DNA from: Octopus sinensis
Lineage: Eukaryota
DNA: 64,000 nt
Assembly (NCBI RefSeq): GCF_006345805.1
Contig: NC_043003.1
Location: forward strand, 82,088,001 to 82,152,000
Direction: 5' to 3'
Translations under genes and position numbers: made by a program
The notes under the pieces: generated by a model
Database searches by the model: none
What the model saw: the letters and a program-made list of their open reading frames with translations, nothing else
Told to the model about the DNA's origin: nothing
Shown: positions 26,881 to 40,645 of the stretch, piece after piece
Layout of the letters: each line of letters opens with the position of its first letter
How positions within the stretch are numbered: the stretch's first letter is position 1

Positions 26881-27183
26881 GTAAATATTATGATTCTTTA
26901 TTTGAAATTAGAATCAGCGTTAACCTATTTCAATAACATGAATAACTCCAGGATTTCATTTGTAGAAATTTTAATAAAAGAATATTCATTAATTTCCTCA
27001 ATCTTAGATTCTACTTAATCACTCCAAATACTAATTAATAAATTATTAACATTTTTTTCATAAAACACTCAGTATTTCGCTCCTAATTCAGGCTATTTAC
27101 ATCGCTGATGTGTTGGTATTCCATGCTCCAACATATGAGTTTAAGTATATCATCATCCATACACGGTTCCATAGAATTTACTG

Positions 27184-27375
<192 letters not shown>

Positions 27376-27467
27376 ACATTTGTACACAGATATATTTCAT
27401 TAAATACAGGACTATGTTCATGTTTAATTTAGAATTTTCGCATTTTGTTATTAATTTTCTTTTATAG

Positions 27468-27484
27468 ATCGCTTCTCATGGTAA
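27468..27484 (+). CDS. Candidate terminal coding exon (..DRFSW*)
   Basis: Strong acceptor TTAATTTTCTTTTATAG. Phase-compatible with the 26880 donor, giving ...DSVP-D-RFSW*. Followed by T/GT-rich UTR-like sequence with AATAAA near 27839. Confidence 0.3.
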
Positions 27485-28370
27485 AGTTTCTAAGTTAACA
27501 TTCAACGATTCTAAACCTCTAGAGTTTCGTTTTCAGAAACAGGATAAATTTGGCTTCTGCATTGTTTTTTATATACCGAATGAAACCATGTATGCATTTC
27601 CGCTAAAGACTGTCAGTTGTATAGGATTCTACGTCAAGAGATATGTGTTGCTTTGTTTTGTTATGATCAAATGTTTTACCGTTTGTTTTTCATGCAAGCA
27701 GCTCCGCGTTATAATACTCTGATGTTAGTGTTGTTTACATGTCTACTGTGTGCAATATGGGCATGGCTTCCATGGTTAAACAATTTTTTTGAAGATTTTT
27801 AGAGATTATGCACGTATTATCTTCTACTTGCTTTTTAAAATAAAATTTTGATGTGATGTGTGATACGTTATTTTGTAAATGTACAGTGAGACTACGAATT
27901 AATGTTGTACTAATACGGTTGATGTAACAGCTGGATTCTTGACTAGATCTTGAGTTTATATGTTTGTGCTGTATTCATATGCGTATTAATATGGTTGTGG
28001 TGAAGAGGTGCTGAATTTTGTTCTTTTGGAAGTATAATATTATCTTACATTTATAGTCGGGTTTGATATGTTTTGTGTTCCGCTTTATGGAATATTTGAT
28101 ATTTCCCTTCGATAGTTTATAGGCATTTAATTAATATAATTTTATGTTTCATCTCTGTATTTTAATTGGGTGTACTCTATGAAGTACTTATTGTTTTGTT
28201 GTTTTTTTTTTTATTTTGTCTGTTCTTTAATAATTTAGTCTTCTAGTCTGTTGGAATATATGTTGCTAATATTAACTTTATTCTGTGGATTTCTTCCTTT
28301 TGTACCTCGGTTGTGGACCAGAATATACAAGCCCTTCTGCACATACAGTCACACACACATACGCACACCC

Positions 28371-28373
<3 letters not shown>

Positions 28374-28408
<35 letters not shown>

Positions 28409-28433
28409 TATATATATGGTGTAATAGAAGCAT

Positions 28434-28473
<40 letters not shown>

Positions 28474-28487
28474 TGTAATAGAAGCAT

Positions 28488-28566
<79 letters not shown>
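28374..28566. repeat. (TA)n microsatellite with a duplicated 18 bp interruption
   Basis: GGTGTAATAGAAGCATCC occurs at 28418-28435 and 28472-28489. Confidence 0.9.
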
Positions 28567-28568
<2 letters not shown>

Positions 28569-30126
28569 CAGGAGTAGTTTAATTTACATTTATACTGAAG
28601 ATACTAAGCTACTATTATATACGCATCCCGTAGATTTCATATAATAATCATAAAATATCAGTGTCGCTTTTAACATTATATATCTGTACTGAAGAAATGA
28701 TCTGTGAAATGTCTCAATGTAACATCGATATAATTTATAAATTCGTTTGCTGTACTCTGGTTTGGATATAAGATTAAATCATGAAGATTACAGAGTTGAA
28801 TATTAACACTGAGAAATGTCCATGCAAAATTGGTACTTTCCGTTTATTATTAATATGGAAGACTAAAACAACCAAGAAAGAAACAATTATCAGTTTCCAC
28901 TTTCATTGTGATTCATCTTCACTTGAAGGCATCTAGTCTGTGGCTTCCGCATCGACGACACCGAAACACATTTCTGATCAAAAATACGTGTAAACTGGGT
29001 AAATTATTTTCTTTTTCCTTTTCTGCTGTTCTCCGATACAGGATATTCAGATAAGGCGAATTCTTTCATGTAAAACAATATTTATTAAACGATCAAACAG
29101 TAGTGAACATACAAAAATATCGACAATATTTATATTATCGTCAAAGGAATTCCTCATTGTAAATATTCAGAAATAGCTTCAAACAGAACTGCCCACTCCT
29201 TATTTTTACACCAATTTTAATATATACATATATATATATATACTTTGTGTATAATTTGTATACAAGGCCTGAATTTGTTTTTAACTGCGTGGAGAAGAAT
29301 ACGCTTGTACTTTTATGCATGTAAATTGCATATGTGTTTTACTCCATTGAGTGAAAAAGTAATTCATATCTTGAATAAAAACTTGTACTCAGTTTAAATA
29401 TTTAATATAGTATACGTAAACTTAAATTATTGAATTTAAGACGAAATTCAAAATGCCTATATGTATGTCTACAGATATCCAAACACACCACACGAAAATT
29501 ACACACACATAGAAGAAAGTGTGCACATTATGTTCAGTTTCATTTACAAAAAAACAATTGATCACTGAGATCATGCAGCTTCATAACTAATATATTTTAT
29601 AAATATTCTGCTTTTTTTATATTATGGTCTGTGTGAACCCTCTATACAATCATATATATGTTTGAAGTATTTGTTTATATATGTATAACTTCAAGAATGT
29701 TTTCGAGACGTTTCTATATCAACAATGACTTCGTAAATGCAGCAAATCAATGTTTGTAATGTATTGAACATGTAGCCAATTAAGATCCTTTACCCAAAAT
29801 GTGATTTTTGAAAACACATGATTGAGGTCAGTTTACCCGATTGTTTCTTCAAACAAAACAGCTTAATTTTTGCTTTCTGTCACTCTGGGTTGATGCAGAA
29901 AACAATTACTATTAGTGTCATACCTGACTATCAATTAGCGGTCTCTTTAATTTGTAAAACAAATACTAATCCCTCTTTAACAATAATCATTACTAAAATG
30001 AATGTTTTTTCATCAGAATAAATTATATACGACAGTCATATTTCAAATTTGAATATTTAGGAAGAAATAGCTGAAACTATAAACTCATTCAATTCTGTGG
30101 TTACCTGGTAGCTACAAAAACATATT

Positions 30127-30335
30127 CCTTTCTATGATAGGCACAAGTCCTGAAATTGGTGGTGAGGGTGATAGTCGATTACATCGACACCAGTGCTTAG
30201 CTGGTACTTATTTTATCAATCCCAAAAGGGTGAAAGGAAAAGCTAACCACGGTGGCATTTGAACTCAGTACGCAAAGAAAGACGAAATGCCGCTAAGCAT
30301 CTTCACCGGCGTGCTAGATTCTGCCAGCTCACCGC
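30127..30335 (-). mobile_element. SINE family B
   Basis: Head, B-box and core are all recognisable. Confidence 0.8.
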
Positions 30336-30603
30336 TACGAAGAAAATAATGAAAAGGTATATCCTAAGAAGTTACTTGCATGAAGATAACGACACCGTTA
30401 TTTTTTGTTTTGGACATGAAACAATCAGTGTATGTACCTCTATACATTTAAGCTTATGCACAATAGTGCAAATCTCAGATACCACATTTAAAGTAGAACC
30501 AGTTACCATGACAATATCTGCTACTTGGTCTAATATAGTTAAGTAATAGTGATAGGCATATAAAGAAGGAAAAGGCACACAATATTTTATAAGATAGAAA
30601 ATT

Positions 30604-33600
30604 TGTATAGTCTGCTGGTTTTGAGTTAATCATAACTAGGAAATTGGTGAAAACTTTGCAAATTCTTAGTTTCTGAAAGATGTTTTAATCCATGTTTGTT
30701 GCATGAGAGTTTATTCGAAAATGAACCAGCAGAACATGTGCTAAAAATGATAATAAAGCAGAAATATATGAATGACAGACAAACACAACACCGTGAATAA
30801 TTCGAAGCAAACTTCACATAAAATCAATTCCAGAAGAGTGTGAACAGCAAGGACAATTAAAGGAGAAAGTAACGTTATAGAAAATGCAAACAGAAATTGA
30901 ATTACTTAAGCTAATAGCATCGAAAAGCGAACAAAAATATAAAGCCATTCATGAAGAAATGCTTATTGAACTCAGTAAATTTGTTGATGAACATATTTTG
31001 GTTAGTGTTCTCAAACTATGGAAAGAAATCTGTGAATCTGAAGAAATAAATTCCTTTTAACTTTGCTATTTTTTCCTTAATTATGAATTTCATTTGAAAT
31101 GAAAGTACAGTTCCGGTAAACCTTTTCTTAAGAAATCCAGAATTAAAACCTGTACAGAAATGACGTAACAACGAATTAGTTCAAACTATAAAGATTTAAA
31201 GGAAAACAGCCACACGAAAGAAACCTCTTATTTGGAAGTAAATCGTTCTCAAACTAGAAACAGGGAAATTTCACAAATTAGATTAGGAGAAACCACTCCG
31301 GAGTTAATAACACCAAGTTTTTTCCAGCAACTAGAAAAATCCGGGGGAATACATTTAACCTTCAATAAAGAAACTCGAACCACGTAATTACAACCAATTT
31401 TCTCAGAGAACACAACCACCCTTCTTACAAAGCAAATTAGTAAAACTAACAAGTTATATCAATGTAATTACAACCAACGGTTTTTGACCCAATCCAGAAA
31501 AATAGGGACACACGTTGGAACAAAACATACAGAAAAAACGCAAAGGAATACATTTCTCAAAGAAAATTTGCTCAACAACAAGATTCAACACACTTGCAAA
31601 AGAACTAAAATTTACCGCAAACCCGCGCAGATCTAATCAGAATAGAATTAAAGATAATATTACTGAATTGTGCAGAAAACTGAGACTTATAGAAACACTA
31701 ATTGATTATAACAATGACAATGAATCACTGATGAAGTACAGAAGCAATTATCTTCTACCTAATGGTGGGAATAAAACACTAGATGACTTTTATGATCATA
31801 TCCTGAATTACCCGAATACATTGCACAAGCGAAGAATCAACTCGAACCTCAAAAATAATGTATGGAAAAATTTGAACTGCAAATCGATAAAGAACTGAAA
31901 AAGAAGCCGACAAAGGAAATGCAGTAGTTCTGATGGACACAGTGTACTACAAAACCCTAGTACTGTCAATGCTGAAAAAAAAACGATTCCTTCTGCGAAA
32001 AGGTTGAGTGCTATAACCAACAGAAAACAATGAAAAATTCGTCATACTTACTTCATTAACATGGAAGTGGTCTAACAGAAAAAGAAATAGGTTGTATCAC
32101 AAATTTTAAATGTATGCCTAGTTCCTTTATGACCTACTTTAAATCATCAAGAGCCAGGTAAACACTGAAGCTTGCAAACAATCATAAGGTATGCACGTTA
32201 GTGTTCAGGCAACAGCAGGTTTAAAGCTAAGACCAAATATTGCTAGCTCAGCGTGTGCAACCCAGAGATAAAGTAATTTTCTAGACATCCTACTGAAACC
32301 ATTTTCGAAATATATCAAAAGCTTCATTAGAGATTATCTAGATATGTTAAATCACCTATCAAAATCAAATAATGAAGAGGCAGTTAAGGTATCCGTCGAT
32401 GTTGTCAATCTATGCACCAATATCTCATACAATTATGGAATAGAAAGAATGAAATTTTGGCTGGAAAATTATACCAAAAAGCTTTCAGAGTGCATGAACC
32501 TAGAATTTATTATTTTGACACTTTAAAATTTATCTTCCAGAATAATTACATTCTCTTTGATACTACCCACTAACGAATTAATTGTGGAACTACGATTGGA
32601 ACAAAAGCATCCCGAGTCTTCCGTTCTTATTAATGAGATATTTAGAATTAACTATATATCAAGTGTCACTACAAAACTATGGATTGTCCTTTTATCTTTA
32701 TATAAGAGGGAACTGGAAAAGATATCTGGATGATGCTTTATTGTTTAGAATAAGAATATTGATAAACTATTTCAATTTAAATCGCTACGCAATAGTATAA
32801 ATCCAAATATTCAGTTTACAATGGAGTACAGCAAAGAGCAACTCCCATTCCTTGATATTTTGATTTTAAAAGTTAACAATCAAATTGAAACTGTTATCTA
32901 TTAGAAACCAACTCGAATGCCTTCTGTTTAATTCATGCCGTCCAAAACACATTTAAAAAATATTACTTTTAATTTAGCGAAAAGGATTTGCATAATAGTG
33001 TCTGATGAACATACTCTGTATCTTCGACTTCAAGACCTTAGAACCACAGTAGGCGAGACACTATTCACACTCACTAATAGACGATGGGATTCAACGTGCC
33101 AAGAAAATAACTATCGAAACACCAAGGGAAACAAAATCCCACATCTCGTCTACATGTACTACCCTATATATCGACACACAACCCTAAAAACAATGAGGCA
33201 TGCAATATTATTAAAAAATTACCTCTACTTACGAGGATCTAAAGATGAACCACATTCGACAAACGCACAACGTAAAAAAAAATCTCAGTCACTAAAAAGA
33301 ATACTAGAAAATGCAAAGTTATACTCAACAACACCAGAAACAAAGTTAAAAGATGCGGGCCTCGAAAATGTGGAACATTCCCCAACCTCCTGGGTGGTTC
33401 AAAATTCCACTTCAAACAGGGGAAGTTATTCATATCGAAGACTAATTTCTCTCATGCATCCGAAAATTTAATTTATTTGAGTCTTTCAGGATCTGAATAC
33501 AGCTATATAGGCCAAAGAAGGATGTCCTTCAGAAATTCGTCTTCCAAGGTATAGGAAAATCCCTTTAACACATACAGAGACGTGAGTGGAATTCAACCAA

Positions 33601-34085
33601 ACTTCACGATTTTCCCCATCTGCCAGTGCAAGGAAACAATCTCTATACAGCAACGATTAAATAAAGAGATTATATTTATTAAGACATACAAACAACGCCT
33701 GAATATGAATGCATAACTAATTTTGGATTCTACAAATATTGTAATTCATGAACGCATAACCAACTTCGAAAATATCTTAATTCATAATTTTAATTATTGA
33801 ATTAATAACGTCGTACTATAAATACTATAAATTTACCTTCCCCAAAAATGTACCCTACCTCTCCAAAAAGTGTACTCTAAGAAAAGTACAACTATCTCCC
33901 TTGTATTAAATAATAACAATCACCATTTACCTTGCCTTAGATTAATTTACATGCTGGTTTATTTACGAAGACACTCTCATGCAACTAACATGGGGTTAAG
34001 ATACTCCTTAAGATACTACGAAATTGCAATATATCACCAATTTCTCAGTCATGATTAACAAAACGAGAAACCTGTTTACTATATA
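30604..34085 (+). mobile_element. Near-complete decayed Penelope-like element (N-term, RT, GIY-YIG) with terminal inverted repeats
   Basis: Collinear motifs: LKFTANP..ELCRKLRL, LKPFSKYIKSFIRDYLD, VDVVNLCTNI, CGTTIGTK, WKRYLDDA (catalytic YLDD), NPNIQFTMEYSKEQLPFLDI, NITFNLAKRICIIVSD, SENLIY...YIGQ (GIY-YIG), KEIIFIKTYK..LN. 30626-30735 is an inverted copy of about 33950-34058. Confidence 0.9.
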
Positions 34086-34204
34086 AGTATTCTGACTTAG
34101 GAGATATATATAAAATACATATAATTTAATGGCATTTTCCTCTTTTTTTATATTTTACTACAAGTCACCAAGTGAGAAAATCTCTCCAACTAAACTATCC
34201 GGTA

Positions 34205-34216
34205 TATATATGTATG

Positions 34217-34260
<44 letters not shown>

Positions 34261-34318
34261 ATATATTATATATATATATACATGTATGCATGTATATATA
34301 TGTATGTATATATATATG

Positions 34319-34369
<51 letters not shown>

Positions 34370-34392
34370 GTATGTATATATATATATATTAT

Positions 34393-34438
<46 letters not shown>

Positions 34439-34450
34439 TATATATGTACT
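34205..34450. repeat. Degenerate (TA)n/(TG)n microsatellite
   Basis: Seen directly in the sequence. Confidence 0.95.
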
Positions 34451-34982
34451 TAGACATAGCAAATTAATACTGAAGATCAGATTTATTTCTAGCACTAACC
34501 TTCGTTTCAGTTTTCATTTCATTGAGTAATACGAGGTAATTACCGTTGTACTTAGAGTACATATCCGACACAAATTACACTTACTTTTATGTGCCTGCAT
34601 GGAAATATATTCATCGGCTGGTGCTCTATGAAACCGGAATATACAATAATTTCGTGATCGTATTCAAAAGCTTCTTTCTAGTGTAAATGTCCATGAATTA
34701 CTTTGTGGTAATTGTGTTCTTGGAAGAAACTTGTGAAACGGTTTCGATCGTTTTGTTAATCAATAATATACGCAAAGTTCATCACAGTCGAAGTGCAAAG
34801 TATAATATATTATATGAGATCGTTCGGACTTCTATAAACGACATCCAAATTACCAACTGCTGCTTCTTCACCCACTTCATGAAGGAATAATATCTATCCT
34901 ACAAGTTTTCTACAAGCCTGTTATGTCTAAGGATTCTAGCCAATTAGAAACAATATCAGGATAAACAACATAGCCATCACAT

Positions 34983-35190
34983 ATGGTGAGCTAGCAGAAT
35001 CATCTGCGCACTGGAAATATAATTACTGATAACTATTGCCGGCTTTTTGCGCCCTGCATTAAAACCACGCCAAGATCAACTTTGACATTCATCGATAAGA
35101 AGGTATCATCAAGTACCGAGTTCGATGTTATCAACTTATCCCCTCCTCTTAAAATTCTTGCCTCTGTGCCTTACTTAGAAACCATTTATA
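34983..35190 (+). mobile_element. Diverged SINE family B
   Basis: Head GGTGAGCTAGCAGAATC, then CAACTTTGACATTCATC, AAGTACC, and a TCTGTGCC..TAGAAAC 3' end. Confidence 0.5.
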
Positions 35191-35807
35191 TGTATACTAT
35201 TCAGTTTGCCAAACGCGTAATTTCAAGTATGAATTTTAGGCTACCCTTAACGTGCTTGTCAGTGAGGTTTCTTAAGATATATTTCCATTACTCCGCTCGC
35301 AGTTTTACTGTACCTAGAGAATTCCTCACAAATACCTCTTACTTTTTATTGTATACTTTGTGATTCTACACTTATATCAGTTAAAGAGCGTCACCCAGAA
35401 TTTGGATGGGTTTAAGAGTCTGCAGTAGTGTAAACATCATATTAATATTCTCTCTCTCTCTCGAACACACACACACACACGCGCACACACACATACAAAA
35501 CACATGTGCGTCCGTGCAAACACATATGTTTGTGCGTGCGCACGGGATTTGTGTCTATGGGTATCGATGTTCGTTTATTTTAAAACAATGTCGCCCTCTC
35601 TCAACGCTATCTCTAAAATTCTTCACATTAAGATACAAACCAGAATGAAGTTAGAACACGATTTCTTTGAGTAAACTGTTATCTCACAGTCATAATCTAG
35701 TTCATAGTTTTTGATCTTTTAACATGCTTTGAATGGGATACTGTGTCTTCTTTACCTTTCATGAAGTCTGTCAAATTTAGCTAAAGGACCGTGTAATATT
35801 CGTTTTA

Positions 35808-36145
35808 GGTATTGGTACACACCCAGCAATTTCGGGGATTAAGTCAGTGAATTATCTCGACTACAGGTACTTATGTTATCGATCCCGAAAATATGAATGA
35901 CAAAATCTACCTGGACAGTATTTGATCTCTAATGCGTCTGCCAAATTGGCAGAATCGTCAGGAAGTAGGGCAAAAAGCTCAGCAGCATTTCGTCCGTCTT
36001 TACGTTCTGAGTTCAAATTCTACCAAGTACAACTTTGCCTTTCGTCCTTTCGGTGTTGATAAAAATTATTACCAGTTGATCACTGGGGTCGATGAAACCT
36101 ACTTGCTACTCCTCTGTAATTGCTGGCCTTGTGTCACACTTTGGA
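35808..36145. mobile_element. Head-to-head pair of SINE family B copies
   Basis: Partial minus-strand copy at 35808-35930 and a plus-strand copy at 35944-36145 (TTGGCAGAATCG...GTTCTGAGTTCAAATTC...GCCTTTCGTCCTTTCGG). Confidence 0.7.
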
Positions 36146-37149
36146 ATTAATATTAGTAATCAGTTACACTGGAATTTAACACCCATCGAAATAATGAAAA
36201 GACCTAACATATTCAATTGTACTATGGCGTGATTTTCAGTGACTCATAATTTTGGGACTCATTATCAAACTCCTGCTGTATCGGGCAAATTAATACGAGC
36301 ATTCACGAATATTACATTATAACAAAATATGTCCAGATAAGTCTCCCTAATTTGACATTTCTAAAACTAACTGCTGAACAAATGATTTTTACTTTTACCG
36401 TATTTGGCACTATATAACCAGATAATATTATGTTGTTGTTGTCTTATCTTGTCTGTTTTAGTTATGGTGCTGGCGATACCGTTATTTTCGACATCTGTTA
36501 AATCTCTCATATATATTTGCAATTAAAGTGTTATTATGATGACAGCGCTTTTACGCAGAAATATGTCTCCAATAGCTGGCTATAAAACGAACAACAGACT
36601 TACGCAAATCTGTTGTTAGCTTTCTTAGAAATATTCCAGTCACAGACTGTGCAAAAGAACATATTCATAGTGTTATGAAGAAGTTATAAGCGATCTAGTC
36701 TCCTCACAAAAAAATCAGTACTCTAGAAAATGGTTTACGTTTAGCATGTTGGTAGATAATATAGAGCATTAAAATGAATAATTAGATTATATTGTGCGTC
36801 TTAATCTTTCCTTTCTTTTTTCAGTTTAAATCGTTTTGTCATTTATGAATTTTGGCCCTCCTTTGTAAACAGATTACCAGTTTTTCGGATTATTCAAATA
36901 ACAAAACATGGTATACAATATAAAACCGGCTTTTTCCTGAAAGATAACAATATTGGTTAAATATTTCTATGGAATACAGTAAAATATAAAATAAATTACT
37001 ACGCAGACCGTTCTCTAATAGATTGTTTTCGAAACGAATGCTGACATCTATTTCACTCATTGTATCACCTTTCATTTAATATAGCCTCGTTTTCATTATG
37101 ACTTCAGTAGAGCCATCCGGTCTATGATACTACTACTACTTTTATCATT

Positions 37150-37215
<66 letters not shown>

Positions 37216-37670
37216 GAGTGAGAGAGCAGTGCATGCCATCAATTCTGGGGTAAAATATACAAAGCCCTGTATACCCATCATGACTACCCGTCTCATAAGG
37301 GTACACTAGGCACATGCATCATAACCATATGTGCGCGACGTGGTGATCTCATATCAAGATAAACAGCACGTGATCTTGCAGGTGGGGCCCAGTTAGAATT
37401 TTGTTCTGGTCAAGTAACCCATCCCGCTCAAAAGGTCCCTGAATAAGGGTTGTTTAAGGATGTTGAGCGAAAACCCATGTTTCCAGAGGTGAATTATTCA
37501 AACCCTCTCTATACAGGGCTATGATGCACCCCCACTACTTCTGCTCGTGATCAGAGATGTACATATCGTCAGCTACTAAGTGACATGCTCAACTGGTTAA
37601 GGTCAAACAACTGACAAGCAAATCTGTGGTATTGAGCAGAATATTTGCTGTAGCCCATCTTTTATACCAA
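37216..37670 (-). mobile_element. Interspersed repeat with (AAT)n tail, probably a LINE 3' UTR
   Basis: Reverse-complement homologue of 51275-51817. Its 3' end abuts a long (ATT)n tract at 37130-37215. Confidence 0.75.
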
Positions 37671-37767
<97 letters not shown>

Positions 37768-37782
37768 ATGGTGGTGGTGGTG

Positions 37783-37817
<35 letters not shown>
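37671..37817. repeat. Compound (ATT)n(AGT)n(GGT)n(AGT)n trinucleotide repeat
   Basis: Seen directly in the sequence. Confidence 0.95.
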
Positions 37818-37821
<4 letters not shown>

Positions 37822-40544
37822 AAATTATCATGATTTGAAATACTTTTAAAATTTATTCACAATGAAATGGGGGAGATAACGGAAATTCTTACTCCGTAAC
37901 TTATACTATTTCTTCGCATGTCATTGAACCATTCTATACCTCCATGATTATAGAAACAAAAATGGTATAATGCATGTAGAGATAAAGACTAAAGAGAATA
38001 CTACATAATGCATGTATTTATAGATTCAGCATATGTGTAAAGAACATTCTTCAATTGGTGTATTATGTAAAGTAATGCACGGCACATATACATGTGGTGT
38101 GTTCTCGGAATTCACGGCACATGCGCGCACGTGTATGTATGAGTGGATATACATGTTGTAATATATAGTACACTACAGGATGTATAGAATGTAATTAAAC
38201 ACAGAAAAACTTAGAACAAATCTTAAATGGACTAGAATTTTAATTAAAAACTGGTATGATTTTAGTTATCGAAGAACTGCAGTGATTAATAACGTTTTGT
38301 CATTCTGGAGCTTCCAAACTTTATATGTACACACACTCACACAGACTATACACACACACATATACATACATATTTCAATCCAAACTGCCACCCATAAATT
38401 AACTAGTCCTTTCTACATTCTAACACTGTGCTGTTCACTTTTAGATGATAGATGAGGTACAGCCTTTTTAAGGCATACTAAGTCAGAATCTAAATATTCA
38501 AATTTCTTATTCTTCCATTATCAAATATGATATGAGAAAATGCTGGTTGTATCGTTGCTTGCCAGCTTTCTGTCAATATCAAGCATTTTATGTGATTTGG
38601 AAGAGCTGTAGCCAGAATGACTAACAGCACCATGGAAACAATACCTTTTATGGCACTTGTTACAGCAGTCCTGTTGGATAAAACTTCAAGTACTTTGTAT
38701 ACAGTTATGAATGCGTATCTCTATTTATAGCCGAAAGGAAGGATAAAGTTATTAGACTCATACCGCTCGAAAGACAACTTTAGATAATTTAATAATAAAT
38801 AGAAAATTACTTTCAGAGTTATAGTGATTTTGACACATGATTAAAATGTTTCAAAAAATGATTCATGAAAATGTAACACTGTCAGGACAAAATTTATGCA
38901 TGAATGCACGCCAAATTTGGCAGCCGTTTGTTGCCTGATCGGAAATCAAATACACTTTGTTGAAACAGTTTCTAATAGTCGGATTATAAAATTTGACCAA
39001 GCAATAAGATGCGAAGTTCACATGCACAGAATATTGGCATTCTCGCGGAGGCCACGTTGCAGCTTGGGAGCGGTAGTAAATCCTTCTTTATTTTAGGTTG
39101 TTTTTGTTTTTTTTACCGCAGCAAGGAAAAACAATTAGATATAAATGTGTAGCAGACATAATGAGTACTGAATTATTGTGTATTTAATTGCCAGGGGAAC
39201 GATTCTTCTTTTATTTGGTTATAAAACTTTAGCAATTAGATTCAAGTGCGAATTTATTTAAATACGAGGAGATATTTGGGTTCAAATAAATATGATAAAG
39301 AAACATTCCACAAAACTGAATTTATGAATTTGCCTTACATGACATTTATTTTGTTCTGAGATTTGCCTAACTCTCTATTATTGATATTGGCATGAAATCA
39401 CGAAAGTCAACTGACTAAATAAAAGAGAGTTTATTTTATCTAGACCAAAGACAAGAAAAACAGAATCGTTTGAATCCAAAATGAAAGGTGACATGGCTAA
39501 TTTCCGTTAATATTTTAGATGACATTGTATCTAATCTCACTAAGCTTGAAATCTAAAACCACGTATTGCAAATAATTATGATTTTTAAGCACGAGATATA
39601 CGATATGCTTATGCAAATTTATTTATATCTTCAACTATTTTATAAAGCTGAATATTTCTGCACAAGACATGTAAATGTTAGAATTAAAAGTTTTCTATAT
39701 TAAAAATTTATGATTTTCTTCCAGATGTAAGACGTTACTTTAAAATCTGTTTATTCTTGTGAATCTGATTTTGTATTTTATACATATTCTTCAGTTTATT
39801 TTACAGTCCATTTTCGACTTGCAGATTATATGTTGCTTATCATCTAATATTTATCTTAAACTCTAATATATCTACTTATGCCTTACATAATTTGGTTTAT
39901 CTTCGCTTCGTTTACGTATGTTTTCGACTCGAATTTTTTTATTTACATAATGGTTGTCACGTTCTTAGTGGTATTTCTTTTTTTATATTTCTAAAGGTTC
40001 GTTTTAATATCTACTCTGGTATACGAAACATTTTTTTCTCTCGAGTGAAGTCATTTTGTGATTCATTGTTTTGCATTCTTGGTAATGTTAATGTTACTTT
40101 ATGATTTCAACCAGTGAATATATTAGCTGGCTTATAGCAGATGTTTGATTTTTTTTACTGCTTGGATAGCTTATCTCTATAACAATGTATTCCACATGGT
40201 ATGTCCACTTTGTCAATTGAATTGCTAATATTTTACTACTTTCAGATAATCTTAATGGCTTCTTGTGAATGCAACATATCTCTTATTTTTGTATATTTGA
40301 AAAGTATCCATTATTATATAATTTATTCTATGTAATTCCGATCTTTGATTGATATTGCTACTCTACGCAACGAAAACTAACTCGTACTTTAATTTGGCAT
40401 TTCATGTTTCAGTTCATGAATATACTAATTCTGAACAAGTGACTATCCAAAGCCTTATATTATGACTCTTCTAGGCCCTGGAATCTCATGTTTTCTTAGG
40501 ATAGTTCCCATAGCTAATACATTATGATCTATTTTCTTTCTAAT

Positions 40545-40645
40545 TCCGACAAATTCGGCTTTGCCTTTCCTCCTTTCGAGTCGACAAAATGAGTACCAGT
40601 GGTGTACTGGGATCAATGTAATCGACTTTCTCCCTCACCCGAACT
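40545..40645 (+). mobile_element. Partial SINE family B
   Basis: GGCTTTGCCTTTCCTCCTTTCGAGTCGACAAAATGAGTACCAG core. Confidence 0.7.

Noticed and set aside
28418-28489. Repeat-spacer pattern reminiscent of a CRISPR array
   Set aside because: Only two copies, a pure (TA)n spacer, eukaryotic context and no cas genes.
29041-29175. Strong polypyrimidine acceptor followed by a 44-codon frame
   Set aside because: No recognisable product, the nearest upstream donor gives an implausibly short intron, and it lies just beyond a putative 3' UTR.
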